From NCBI RefSeq assembly GCF_006345805.1, contig NC_043007.1:50530001-50594000 (forward strand): 64,000 nt of DNA. The letters run 5' to 3'. The position numbers and the translations under genes are program-made. The notes under the pieces were generated by a model, which was not told the DNA's origin, did no database searches, and saw nothing but the letters and a program-made list of their open reading frames with translations. The stretch is from Octopus sinensis (taxonomy: Eukaryota). Of the stretch, positions 1-12,299 are shown piece after piece. Numbering within the stretch: position 1 is the stretch's first letter; each line of letters begins with the position of its first letter.

Positions 1-599
1 AAGTTTATATCACTTCAAGTCAAGCTCTGCCACATTTTAAATAAGATGATGAATCAGAAATCCGCCAGTTTTATGCTGATTATCATAGGTTAAACATGTA
101 ACATCTGACTCATATGAAACAGCTGAGTTAGTGACTAACAGATATCCATCCTTTCAGGCATATTCCACGCAAACAATCCCAACTCTATTCTCCAAATTCT
201 GCAACTGGTTCACTCATGGCTGTACTGTAGCAGTTCTGGTAATGAAGTTAGCGTGCAGTGCTTGGAGAAAACCACCCATCCGTACAAACTGGACGGCTCT
301 TACTCAATAACACAAATCCTCCTAGACCATCGTACAGCACATCGGTCCTTCTACCTCCCGATTATTTCTTTCCCTTTTCAAATTTACCTCTCCGGTATTC
401 ATGGTATCCTCTCTCCAGCACTTCCTACCCCTGATCCTGTAAAAAGTAACCACCACAATTAGCTCACATCGTATCTATCTATATGCTACTCACACTCAGT
501 AATTATTCTCAAAAAGTATCCTTTTCCTCATAAGCAGGGTCACCGCCGTCATGCACACACATACATTACTGCAGAAGAAATTTCAGTTGCTTCAAACCA

Positions 600-703
600 A
601 GGCAACAAGCTTCCTTAAACAATATAACTCCAGACCTAGCCTCTATTCTTACAAACTCTTCAATCTTTCCGTTTTTTCTCTCTCTCTCTCTCTCATTCAC
701 TTT

Positions 704-748
<45 letters not shown>

Positions 749-975
749 GGCCCTTTTTTTTCTCTCACCTAGCTTTCTCTGGACATATCACTTTTTGTGG
801 AAATAAACTGTAAAGTGCAACATTCCTGAGAAAAGAAACCCCCTGGCTGGTAATTACGGTACTATCACCCTTTTTTCCCAGCATCTTAAAGGTCATCGAG
901 GCATCTATTCGCAACAATATCTCCAATGAATTTAATGTTTAAACCTCCTTAAAGGCTACCGATACGACTTTCGTG
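600..975 (+). mobile_element. Degenerate CR1/L2-like LINE reverse-transcriptase relic interrupted by a (CT)n tract
   Basis: Manual translation with frameshifts gives ..PDLASILT/KLFNLS.. (about 630-670) and GNYGTITLF/PSILKVIEASIRNN..NLLKGYRYDFR (about 849-973). These resemble the N-terminal RT motifs (LAKLFNLS; NYRPISLL..SKILE; QYGFR) of CR1/L2/Jockey-type LINEs. Confidence 0.55.
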
Positions 976-1047
976 AAATCATAAAGCCACTGAAGATGTA
1001 GTATTTTACGCCAGGGAAAAGTGGACTTAAACAAGAGGCTGAGTGTT

Positions 1048-1432
1048 GGTATTGAACTACTACAAACAAGGGGCTAAACACAGAAGGGACAAACAAGGAC
1101 AGACAAACGGATTAAGTCGATTACATCGACACCAGTGCGTAACTGGTACATAATTATTTCGTCTGCCGTTATGTTCGACCTCGGCGGAATTTGAACTCAG
1201 AACATAACGGCAGACGAAATACGGCGAAATGCGTAGCCGTATTTCGTCTGAGTTATGTTCTGAGTTCAAATTCCGCCGAGGTCGACTTTGCCTTTCATCC
1301 TTTCGGGGGTTGATAAATTAAGTACCAGTTACGCACTGGTGTCGATGTAATCGACTTAATCCGTTTGTCTGTCCTTGTTTGTCCCTTCTGTGTTTAACCC
1401 CTTGTGGGTAGTAAAGAAATAGGTATTGAACT
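1048..1432. mobile_element. Head-to-head fold-back pair of SINE family A sequences
   Basis: 1056-1150 is the near-perfect reverse complement of 1322-1410. A central inverted repeat of about 49 bp (gacctcggcgg...acggc / gccgt...ccgaggtc) has a 10-nt loop. B-box-like GAGTTCAAATTC is present on both strands. Confidence 0.85.
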
Positions 1433-1603
1433 TGGAACAACGTGGTTCCAAAGTGAACCTTTCCATTCCCAAGCTTGCCAATTTCACAATATGCACACAC
1501 ATTTAAAAACAGTTTTCACGTTTCGTATATTGAGCTCAAAGGCACCAATTTTATATGCAATAATTGTTATAGAAACCAACTTTCAGCATTAATTAAATGC
1601 AGT

Positions 1604-1682
1604 GTTATAGACACAATGTTATAGGCAACTGTTATAGACCATGTTATAGGTCATGTTATAGACACAATATTATAGGCAATAG
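1604..1682. repeat. Short minisatellite, about 6 copies of a TGTTATAG-containing 12-14 bp unit
   Basis: tgttatagacacaa / tgttataggcaac / tgttatagacca / tgttataggtca / tgttatagacacaa / tattataggcaa read directly. Confidence 0.8.
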
Positions 1683-1868
1683 TCTGAACTCGTTGAGCAG
1701 TTAAGTTTCAAGGTTCAACACTGCATACAGTAACTATAATTGTTTCGATAATATACTTTGGAAAAACACGAGCATCACAAATTACATTTTCTGACTTTAT
1801 CTTTTCCTCTTCCTTTACAATTTAGGTTTCATTACTACAGAGACGGAGCGTAACAGGAAACCACTCCA

Positions 1869-2045
1869 ATACATACATACATACATACATACATACATAC
1901 ATACATACATACATACATACATACATACATACATACATGCATGCATGCATACATACATACATACACATGCACCCACAGATATGTATTTTTGTGTATATAC
2001 ACACACGCACGCACGCGCGCACACACACGCACACATATACACACA
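1869..2045. repeat. (ACAT)n/(CA)n compound microsatellite, representative of the many microsatellites in the window
   Basis: Direct reading. This class of tract produces most of the MYVC/HTYI/IYIY ORFs in the ORF track. Confidence 0.95.
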
Positions 2046-2554
2046 TATATCCTCCCAAGAGACATTATGACATCATAGCGAAGTACATCCGGAACAGGAT
2101 ATCATATAAATAACATACACATACACATAAACATCTGTGAATATGTGTGTGTGTGTGTGTGCTTCTTTTATGTACATATGTATATATATATATACATATA
2201 TATATAAACTCTAAGAGTGTGTGTACTCGAGTAAACAGAAATCAGTTGTTCTTCGCAGTTATTTATCATTAAAACTGAAGTATAACGAATATTTAATAGT
2301 TTATTTCTTCACACTATATCTTCTTTTTAGCTCTATTGCTGTTCGTCTGAAGTTATTTCCATTTCGATCGATTCTTACCCCGATCCTTTGCGAGCAACTA
2401 CAACTCGTCAATGTCCAAAGCAGTTCATCGATAGAGGAAACTTTAATCGCTATTTGATCATGTGATCAGTAGTGCGTCTCTCAGAATATCTTACAACCAT
2501 ATTTCCAGTGTTTTGTAAGAACGCGACTGAATGTCTAGTTATCCTGTACATTAC

Positions 2555-2636
2555 CTTCATCAGACTGGTTGAAGACCTTGCTATGTATTCTGATATGCAG
2601 TTCGCCAACGAGGAAGTCTGTGTGCAATCGTTTGAC
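2555..2636 (-). other. Candidate 82-nt internal exon of an unidentified gene
   Basis: On the minus strand, acceptor tttatcttctgtttttaacAG precedes 82 nt followed by donor AAG|GTAATG. Two frames are open (VKRLHTDFLVGELHIRIHSKVFNQSDE or SNDCTQTSSLANCISEYIARSSTSLMK). No homology recognised. Confidence 0.3.
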
Positions 2637-3461
2637 CTGTTAAAAACAGAAGATAAAATTACCCTAAACTTCACTTAAGCTATTTTAAAATGAGTGATTA
2701 GACCTGGTAAGTCACTCCTGAATATAATAAGCCAACAGACTAATAGGATGATCACGGCAGGTGGAATGATAAAAGTTTGTCTTGAAAATCACATCAGGTC
2801 AACGTGGATCTACAATGTGCTAATACATGAAACCTTGTAGTCCTTAGGAAGCGAAGTTTTCACAATTCAGGAACACATTTGCTACGGCGAGTAAAGTTGA
2901 TAGATGTGTTCGACTCAACGCCCTCTATCAGCAAAAGTATTGGGTCCGGTTAACCCTAATAGGAATAAAACTAATCTAGAGACATCGTCATGAATGGCTC
3001 GATTATACCGGAAATAGGAAAATGGCCTAATCACATCGCTAAAGTCGTTGAGTTGCAGATAATATTGGTTACAACAAGCAACAAGCATTGAGATCGAACT
3101 TCTGCAGTTTGTATGAGCAAGATGCCATTGCCACACAAAGTCAATGAAGATTTTATTTTCTGTTTTGTTCACTATAAAAGCTAAATAATCTTTTGTGTTA
3201 ACTCACCATTTTACATTTGTTTTCGTCATTTCCAAAACATCGTGCTTTAACATCATTACAGCATGCAACTATAGAACTCTGCGTTTACAACTGCAACATT
3301 GACTAACAGTACGGGTTTCTAATTATTACAATGCCAGACATTTTGAGGGGTGGGGCCCGACCGTTAACATCGACCCAGTACTTAAGTGGCGCTTTCTTTA
3401 ATCGACCTCTAAACAGTGAAAAATAAAGCTGACCTCGGCAGCATAAATAAGCATATTCATA

Positions 3462-3494
<33 letters not shown>

Positions 3495-3616
3495 TTTATG
3501 TATATTTATACATATATGTATAATTATATATTTACTCATATATAAATATGGTTATATATATAGATGTTTAATATAAATACATATGTATATATTTATATAT
3601 ATGCATACACATACAT

Positions 3617-3820
3617 GTGTTGCCATGATAGATCGGTAGCCACTACAGACATTTTTTTCTTTCCTTGTTTCTCTCCATGTTTCTTTCTGTGTTCCTTTCT
3701 GTGGACGAGCGTAGGCTCGAAACGTAAAAGACTTTTTTCAATTCCCGATCGTTATACTAATACATCTGTTTGTTTTCTACACTACCTGTCTTCATATTTT
3801 GTTTTTTTTTCGTGAATTCT

Positions 3821-3822
<2 letters not shown>
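3617..3822 (+). mobile_element. Short cassette in (TA)n with a hammerhead-like motif; probable Penelope-type terminal-repeat (pLTR) remnant
   Basis: Non-microsatellite block of about 200 bp, pyrimidine-rich, ending directly in (TA)n and containing the motif at 3695-3730. Confidence 0.55.
3695..3730 (+). ncRNA. Minimal type I hammerhead-ribozyme-like motif (variant core)
   Basis: cttt-CTGTGGA-C-GAGC-gtag-GCTC-GAAAC-GTA-aaag. Stem I cttt/aaag, stem II GAGC/GCTC, GAAAC-GTH with palindromic ACGT. The core differs from CUGANGA at one position and has one extra nucleotide. Confidence 0.5.
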
Positions 3823-3900
<78 letters not shown>

Positions 3901-4469
3901 CATACATACATACATACATGGGTACACACATGCAGACGCATATCTAATTATATATATATCCAAAATGTTAGTGCAGGTGGTGCCGTGGTGGTGATTGTGA
4001 TGATGATATTGGAAGTGATGACAATGATGTCGATGATGATGATGATATTGCTGGTAGCAATGGTGATATAAAGGATGAAGAAGATGATGGCGATAATGAA
4101 GAAAAGAATTAAGGTGATGACATCGCTCTCGAAAGAGAAAGGGATGTGGTTGTTTGTTTAAATTCTTGCGGGAACTTCTAAGAGAAATATTTGGCCAGTT
4201 TTTCAAACTTCAAATATTTATATATTTCATGCTTCTTTTATTTGTGGATAGAGGCAGGTGGAAGGGTGGATATATTGCTAGTAATACTGATGATGGTGTT
4301 GGCGGATGGTTATAGTGATTGTCAGCATTCTAACAGAGACTGTGGAGACAGAAGAATTTGAGAGATAAACAGAAAGGATGAACTGTGTGACGTAAATATT
4401 GGAGCACCTGCATACACACATTCACACATACACTCATATACACACGCGCATGTATATTTCCAAAGCCAT

Positions 4470-4527
<58 letters not shown>

Positions 4528-4799
4528 TGTGTACATACATACGTATATATATATATGTACAGTTATACGTCAATTATTTCATGGAAGAGTCATTTTAGGC
4601 GTTTAAAAATGTCTAAAATGATTCTTACACGGTGTAATTGTTTCTATTTCAACGTAGAACTTCATCTCAAGTCAGCTGCTAAGAAGCATAATTTTGCATC
4701 TGTAATATTGTATATATGTATGCATGCCTACGTACATACACGCATACGTAAATATCTACATGCATATATGTGTGTGTGCTTGTGTGTGTATACATATAT

Positions 4800-4831
<32 letters not shown>

Positions 4832-4867
4832 AATAGATAAATAGATGTCAATATATATACATATCTA

Positions 4868-4919
<52 letters not shown>

Positions 4920-5088
4920 CATATACGTATATATATTCATACGTATATGTATATTCATACGTATATATATATATATATATATATATATTCATATATACGT
5001 ACATATATACATACGCTAACATATGTGCACACATACATATAGACTAGCACTCACACATACATGTGTGCTTGCATATTATATATATATA

Positions 5089-5121
<33 letters not shown>

Positions 5122-6870
5122 TATATATATACACACAAATACATATATATATATATATATATATACAACCGCAAAGAACCTAAAAGGAGCCATCTATGTC
5201 ATCAGCCACAATTTAAATAACATGAAAAGACATTCTTTTCTTGTGCCTGTTTCTGTCTGTCTGTAAGCTACAAGCTGAAGCATGCCAACAACTACAACAA
5301 GAGCAACAACAAACACAGCAACAACAACAACGATGATATGTAGCGTCATCTGTGAGACGTTCAGTGTTACACGTGCGAACATGTGAACATTCCCAAACAC
5401 ACACATAACCTCCCACACACACACACACACGCATAAATAATCATACACACTCATATATACACAATTGTGTGTAATGTATGACTGCGACGTTTGTAAAATG
5501 TCTGCCCTCACACGCTATATGTCTGCCTGCGAAAATGTGTGTGCATTACAACTACATTTTACAAACAAAATACTACACACAGAAATATATGAACATGTGT
5601 GTGTGTGTGTATATATATATATATACACACACATATGCATATGCATACACGTACATATATAAATATTAAGATATATATATATATGGTTTTAATTGATCAT
5701 CGACAGAAGTTACTGTTACTGAAAGGCCGATAGTTTCGCGTCAACGTACGCATCACACAATGACACACACACATAGATATCTTGAGATATGTTGCTGACA
5801 TTACTTTCAATTTCAACCACTTTCGTCTTTTACAAAGCTGAAAGTCTCTCTGCTTACTCTTCCCAGTATTACCCGTAGTTTTATTGTTTCCAGGTCGCTA
5901 CATTCTAGTTATCTCTATTTCAAGATATATTTGAAAGCAGTGTTTTATAGAGTGAACTCTTGTGACGTTGTTATTTTTAGTAAGCTAAACATAATAGCGT
6001 CATTCATAAGACTGTAACTTGGCTGAAACTTTCTAAGTTACGCATGTCAACATATATATGCTGCCAGTGATTTGATCTGAGACCTCAGTAGCTGTGTATA
6101 TTTTCATAATTTCACTTATTTGGAGACATTTCTTTTCTCGATAAGTTTTGTCAATAACGCTTAGGGCATTTGTCTTCATATCGATATCGTCATATTTGGT
6201 CGTTAACTTGACCTAGTTTAGATTGACTGTCATTCACTGAAGTTTTTGTAGGAATCTGTTTGTGCTAGACTTTTGCTATGGGTTATTAGGCATTGAAAGA
6301 GTAAGGAAAAAACAGAAATTTAACTATTAAAGACAAAACGAAAAAAGACAAAGTCATGGACCAATTTTAGAAGCGCAGAACTCTGCGAGAAATATAAAGA
6401 CAAGGGAAGACAAAGGTTAGAAACTGAGACAGAGAGTAAGGAGAAGGAAGCAAACAGATAGAAATAAAGGTAATAAGAGAGAGAGATAGTGAGAGAGAAA
6501 GAGAGATAGCGAGAGAGAAAGAGAGAGAGAGAAAGCGAAATAAACAGGTGGATTGTTAGACAGCAGGAAATCTATAAAAATGATCTAACAAGGGTAGCCC
6601 ACCTGCATACACAACCTGCTTAAAATAAGTGCTATCTTTACCTCGAATCATTGAAGAAATGATAAGATCAAACTTTAGATAATGTGCTTTTTGATAACCT
6701 CACCACCAACATTTGGGATGGTCATACCTGGAATTTCCTTGATCATAGGTGCGCTCAGTGAGGGTTCATCAAACCCATAGAAATAGATTAATAGCTTGGC
6801 ACAGGTATATAGACAGACAGACGGACGGACAGACAGGTATATAGATAGATAGATAGATAGATAGATAGAT

Positions 6871-6908
<38 letters not shown>

Positions 6909-8088
6909 CAGAAAGATAGGAGAGGCAGAGAGTGAGAGAGAGAGTGAGAAGGAGAATCAATCAAGCAAGAATTCAGAAGTAGAATAAAGTACATACTGGA
7001 TTAATTTACGCACACGCACACACACGCACGCACACACACACGCACACACACATGCACTCTCACACACAGAGACATCTATGTATATATATGCGTATATATA
7101 CATATATATATATATATATATACACAAATATAAGTGTTTGTATATATACATATATGTATATATACACATACATACATATATAAATATATAGATGCATATA
7201 TGTGTACGTATATACATGTGTGCGCATGCGTATATACACAGGAGACTGTGAGAGAGAAAGAGAGAGAGTGAGAGAGAGTGAGGCTATGATAGGAAGCAGC
7301 TGAACGATCGAATGCAAAAGTAAGACGAAAAGTGTAGAGAAGCAAGTCAGTGAGTGATAGGAGGAGGTGTTTGCGAGAGAAGAAAGTCTGGAAAAGGAGG
7401 ACTCTCACGAAAGAGTGGCAGGTAAAGGGTGAGCAAGAGAGACATAGAAAGAGAGAAAGAGAGAGTGAGAGAGAGAGACAGACAGACACACAAATAGACA
7501 GAGAATTAGGAGTAGTAGGAAGAGGAAGTGGCAGAAGACAGTGGCAAAGGACTTCATACATGCACGCATATATATACTTGTTTGCATGTATACATTTATA
7601 TATACACATATATGTATGTATAAAAGTATATACACACACATGCATGTATATACGTATATAGTTGTCTATGTATAGCCGTACGTGTGTGTGTGTGTAAAAC
7701 GAGGCCATCTGGTTAACCACTTAGAAAAGAAGACTTAGCCAAAGCGACGAGTGAGATTTTATTATCAACTCAATTTACTAAAACAGTACTTCATGTCAGC
7801 GGTCGTTGGTGCGCAGGATTTTGTGTAAAGCTAGAAAGACAGATGGGTTGCTTGTAGATCGTATGTCGAGCGGCCATATTTTACTGTCACATTTCCAGCA
7901 TATTTGGCCGACTTAAGTATTACGGCTTCTCATAATGAATCCGGCATTGCTGAAACTTAATACAACGCCTTTAATTAACCAACCAATCCCCCTTTCTCTC
8001 TTTTACTGCCTGCTTCTCTCCTTCGCTCTCTCTCTTTCTCTCTTCCCTCCTCTTTCTCTCTCCTTCCCCCTATCCCCCTTTCTCATGG

Positions 8089-8136
<48 letters not shown>

Positions 8137-8493
8137 CTTTCGATCGTTCACTCGGCTGCTCTTTATTTATATCTCACACGCATATACTATATACATACAT
8201 ATATATATATATCTGTATATATATATGTGTGTGTGTATTCCACCGGACGTTCACTCACTACTCTTGTGCTTCTATCTCTCTCTCTCCCACCCTCTCTCTC
8301 TGTATCTGTCTATCTATCTCATTTCCGAGATCAGTTTTTTTATCGTTTCTCTTGTCTTCCATTTTTCTTTTTTACTCTTTCCTTTCTTTCGATCTTTCTC
8401 CTTCCTCTTCTCTCCCTCCCTGTCACTCATACACGCACAGATACAAACATACATGTATACATATATACACGTACGAACACACGCACTCACTCA

Positions 8494-8532
<39 letters not shown>

Positions 8533-9614
8533 TATATCTTTCCCCTCTCTCTCACATACACACTCTCTGTCTCGTTTTTCTCCCCTCTGTCTAGCTCACA
8601 TTCACTATATATATATATATATATATACATATCCATTATATATTTATATATATATGTCTGCTTTTATTTCTCAGACTTCGTAAAAGGCCAAATTTACTCC
8701 CCTAACGCCAATACCAACACCACCATCACCATCACCTCCAACAACAACACTACTACAGTCGTTGCTACAAACACTATCAACAGCCACTACAATTGCAGAT
8801 AATCACTGGAAAAGAGAGAGTGGAAGATAGAGGGAAAATGAAAATAAAACATTGAGAGAGAGGGGGAGACAGAGCAAGAAGTTGAGAGAAAGACAGAGAG
8901 ACTAATACAATGAGAGGAATAGAGAGAGTGTGACAGTGAAATAGAGAGACGGAGTGAGATATTTTGCGAGAAAGTGAGAGAAACAGAGAGTGACAGTAAG
9001 AAGTGAAGGAGGCAGAAACTGACAGCTTTTCTAATGAGTTTGTACTTTTATTGAAACAGCAACAATAACAGAAACAACAATATGAACAGCAACAACAATT
9101 GCATCAAACAACAAGGGCGTCATCATCATCAACGATATAAACGACAGAAGCATAAACAATTACAACAATAATAGCAATAACAACAGCAGTAACAACATAA
9201 ACATCAGCAATAGCAACAACAGCAAAGAAAGTCACAATAACAACGGCGGCGGTGTGGCAGCAGGAATGAAAACATGCACGCAGTCACTCTACAAGTTAGA
9301 AATAGCAACCAAATATCCTTTCAAATCATACATTCCCATCTTATAAAAGTGAAGGATATAGGGGATAATGTAATTGCTAATGATTAGACCAGAGATGTCA
9401 AATATTGCCCGCTAAGTTATATATAAAGAATTATTTCTTTTAATACAAATGGCAGCCAAATCTCTTTTCATTCTTAGCCTGTTGCCTCAGAAGAAGAAAC
9501 AACAATCAGATTAGGATTAAAAGGAAAATGAAACCAAGGTGTGATCCCTATAGGAATATCATTCAGAATAGGTTTGCTTATCATCATCATCATCGTCATT
9601 ATTATTATTATCGT

Positions 9615-9730
9615 CGGACAAAATACTAAGCGGCATTTCTTCTAGGTCTTTATACGCGGAGTTCAAATTCCGCCGAGGTCGACTCTATCTCACAAATTTT
9701 CGGAATCGATAAAATAAGTACCAGTTCAGT
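9615..9730 (+). mobile_element. SINE family A, degenerate copy
   Basis: gagttcaaattccgccgaggtcgac...gataaaataagtaccagtt is shared with other family A copies; preceded by (ATT)n. Confidence 0.75.
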
Positions 9731-9858
9731 CTTGCGGTTACTGAACTCGTTACAAAAACGATTGTTATTATTATCATAACTGTTATTTATTTTGAATCTG
9801 CATGTTTGATGCAATCACTTGCTGGGACACACCCAGTGCCCTAGGACAAGTGAAAGTT

Positions 9859-10240
9859 GTAGGAGTGGCTGTGTGGTAAGTAGCTTGCTTACGAACTACA
9901 TGGTTCCGGGTTTAGTCCCACTGCGTGGCACCTTGGGTAAGTGTCTTCTACTATAGCCTCGGGCCGACCAAAGCCTTGTGAGTGGATTTAGTAGACGGAA
10001 ACTGAAAGAAGCCCGTCGTATATATGTATGTGTGTGTTTGTGTGTCTGTGTTTCCCCCCCCCCAACATCCCTTGACAACCAATGCTGGTGTGCTTACGTC
10101 CCCGTAACTTAGCGGTTCGGCAAAAAAGAGAACGATAGAATAAGTACTAGGCTTACAAAGAATAAGTCCTGGGGTCGATTTGCTCGACTAAAGACGGTGC
10201 TCCAGCATGGCCACAGTCACATGACTGAAACAAGTAAAAG
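9859..10240 (+). mobile_element. tRNA-derived SINE family B (CORE-like central motif), full length
   Basis: A-box-like TGGCTGTGTGG, B-box-like GGTT(T)AGTCC, accttgggtaagtgtc resembling the CORE ccttgggcaagt motif, an internal (TG)n tract, and 3' end atgactgaaacaagtaaaag recurring many times in the window. Confidence 0.85.
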
Positions 10241-10900
10241 GGAGATGTTGAAATATTACTGAAAGATTGGTGAGGGGAAATGGCGAGGGCAGTAGAGAAA
10301 TACTTCCCGTATAATGCAACACAAACATTCTAAGGGTCTGAGCAGTACTTGTCAGCACAATCTTTTGGATTTCCATAAGGCATAGTTCTCCTCGGATTTT
10401 GTCTAGATGTTTCTGACAATTTTTATTATCATTCCAAGTGCACCTACAATAACAGGAACAGCTTTTGGCTTAGGATGCCGCATTTTTCAGATTCCGGGTC
10501 CTTATATTTACTAACTGTGTCAAATTCCTTTAGCTGTGCGAACACTTACATCTATTAGTCTACAAGTATTTTCTTCCTCGTCTTGAATAATCATATCTGG
10601 TCAATTAGCCTGGATCGTTCTGTCAACGTTGACTAGAAAATCCCAGAGGATGGTGACATATTTAGCTTCAATGACTGGCTCAAGATGATGTTCATACCAG
10701 TAAGCAGGAGTACCGATGTAAATACTGAACGACCCTATAATGGTGATTTTTGTATTCATTTGCTGTCATAAAAAGACATCCCAAGACATCTATTGTTTCG
10801 TCAAATGTGTCGAAGAATTTGCATTTTGGGTCAGTACCGTTTTGAAGAACGTTAGCCTAGCAATTTCTGGTTAGCAAGTTTTGATTTTGTGTCGCCAGTA

Positions 10901-12189
10901 CGAGGGGCGTTCAATAAGTAATGCCCCTGACCCACTTCCCATAGCAGTAAAGCAACGAAACTTGGAACAGTTATTAGTCTTTTTCTACATAGGAACCACC
11001 CAGAGTTACGCATTTCTCCCATCGTTTGATGCAGCTCTGAAGACCGTTTTTGTAGAAGACCCCAGCTTGGTCCTCCAACCACGACGTGACTTCAGAAATC
11101 AAGGCTGCATCATCTGGGAAACGCTTTCCTTTCAAAAACAACTTCATGGCTGGGAAGAGGTGAAAATCAGAGGGTGCAAGGTCAAGAGAGTAGGGGGGAT
11201 GGGAGATGAGTTCATAGCCGCACGCCTGTGCTTCTGATCTGGCGACACGCGAGTTGTGGACCGGAGCGTTGTCCTGCAGGAGGAGGATGCCTTTGCTGAT
11301 CTTGCCCCGCTTCTTGATTTTGATAGCTTCTCTTAATTTCCTCAAAAGTGAAGCATAATAGACTCCTATAATTGTGGCACCCTTTGCCAGGAAATCTGTC
11401 TTCACTACCCCGTCCTGGTCCCAGAAGACTGTAAGCATGACCTTGCCAGCGGAGGGCTGCACCCTTGCCTTCTTTGGAGGAGGTAAGTCACGGTGCTTCC
11501 ACGGCATTGACTGGACTTTGGTCTCTGGATCATAGTGATGGACCCAGGTTTTATCCTATGCAATCAGTCTTTTGAAAAATTTTGACTCATCTTGGCACAT
11601 CTCCAAATTCATCCTCGAGCAATCGACGCGTTCTTGCTTCTGGAAAGGTGTGAGCAGCCTGGGAATCCATCTGGCAGACACCTTTTGCATATGCAAATGG
11701 TCATGAATGATAGTTTCCACAGACCCGGTACTAATCTTGACCTCATGGGCTATTTGGCGAATAGTTATGCATCGATCTTCCAAAATGGCAGCCTCAACTT
11801 GACAGACAGATGCCTCATCAATGGCAGAAGAGGGCGACCAGATCTGGGAGCTGTTTCCACAGAGTTCCGACCATGTTTGAATTCCCGATGCCAGCGTTTT
11901 ACAAGGTCATATGATGGGGCATCATCACCATAAGTTACTTTCATTTCATCAAAAGCCTCCCGTGGTGTGCGTCCTTTCAAATACAAAAACCGGATCACTG
12001 TTCGACACTCAACATGCTCCATTTCACACTTGACTCAGTTCAAACACCTGTAAATCGGAAACCACAATTAGTTCAGAGCTGTAATTTGCCACTTAATCTA
12101 TAGAGATATAAATAATTGCACATGCAAAATTTCAGCTAGATCAAATAACTGCAAGTGGGTCAGAGGCATTACTTATTGAACGCCCCTCG
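10901..12189 (-). mobile_element. Full-length mariner (DD34D) DNA transposon, 1289 bp, with TA target-site duplication
   Basis: 37-bp TIRs at 10901-10937 (cgaggggcgttcaataagtaatgcccctgacccactt) and 12153-12189, one mismatch. TA flanks at 10899-10900 and 12190-12191. Confidence 0.97.
10974..12022 (-). pseudogene. Mariner transposase, disrupted into three ORF pieces
   Basis: Pieces 11765-12022 (MEHVECRTVIRFLYLKG..PRSGRP), 11556-11783 (WIPRLL) and 10974-11507 (QDNAPVH..YSLDLAPSD). I count 34 residues between the second and third catalytic D. A frameshift and a stop near the first D (IA*DKTWVHHYDPE) disrupt it. The N-terminus resembles irritans-subfamily transposases. Confidence 0.93.
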
Positions 12190-12299
12190 TATGAAGCCTT
12201 CAGTCTCTGCTTTCAATCCTGAACGTCTTAGCCACTGAAGGATTGTTGCTTGATCTGCATCAGTCTTTTGACTTCGGATATTATCATTATTTTCATACT

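Larger units (their letters stand above)
10330..12265 (-). mobile_element. R4/Dong-like LINE C-terminal relic split by the mariner insertion
   Basis: The minus strand reads ..QWLRRSGLKAETEGFI (12190-12245) continuing as LATQNQNLLTRN (below 10900), then ILWDF, DVSV and VPVIVGALG motifs. Collinear with the relic at 28275-28980. Confidence 0.8.

Noticed and set aside
2331-2465. Plus-strand acceptor followed by ..QCPKQFIDRGNFNRYL, faintly like a C2H2 finger
   Set aside because: It lacks the first Cys and both His ligands, and a stop follows immediately.
9859-9930. tRNA-like heads with A/B boxes here and in other copies
   Set aside because: They continue into SINE bodies and do not form complete cloverleafs, so they are not tRNA genes.
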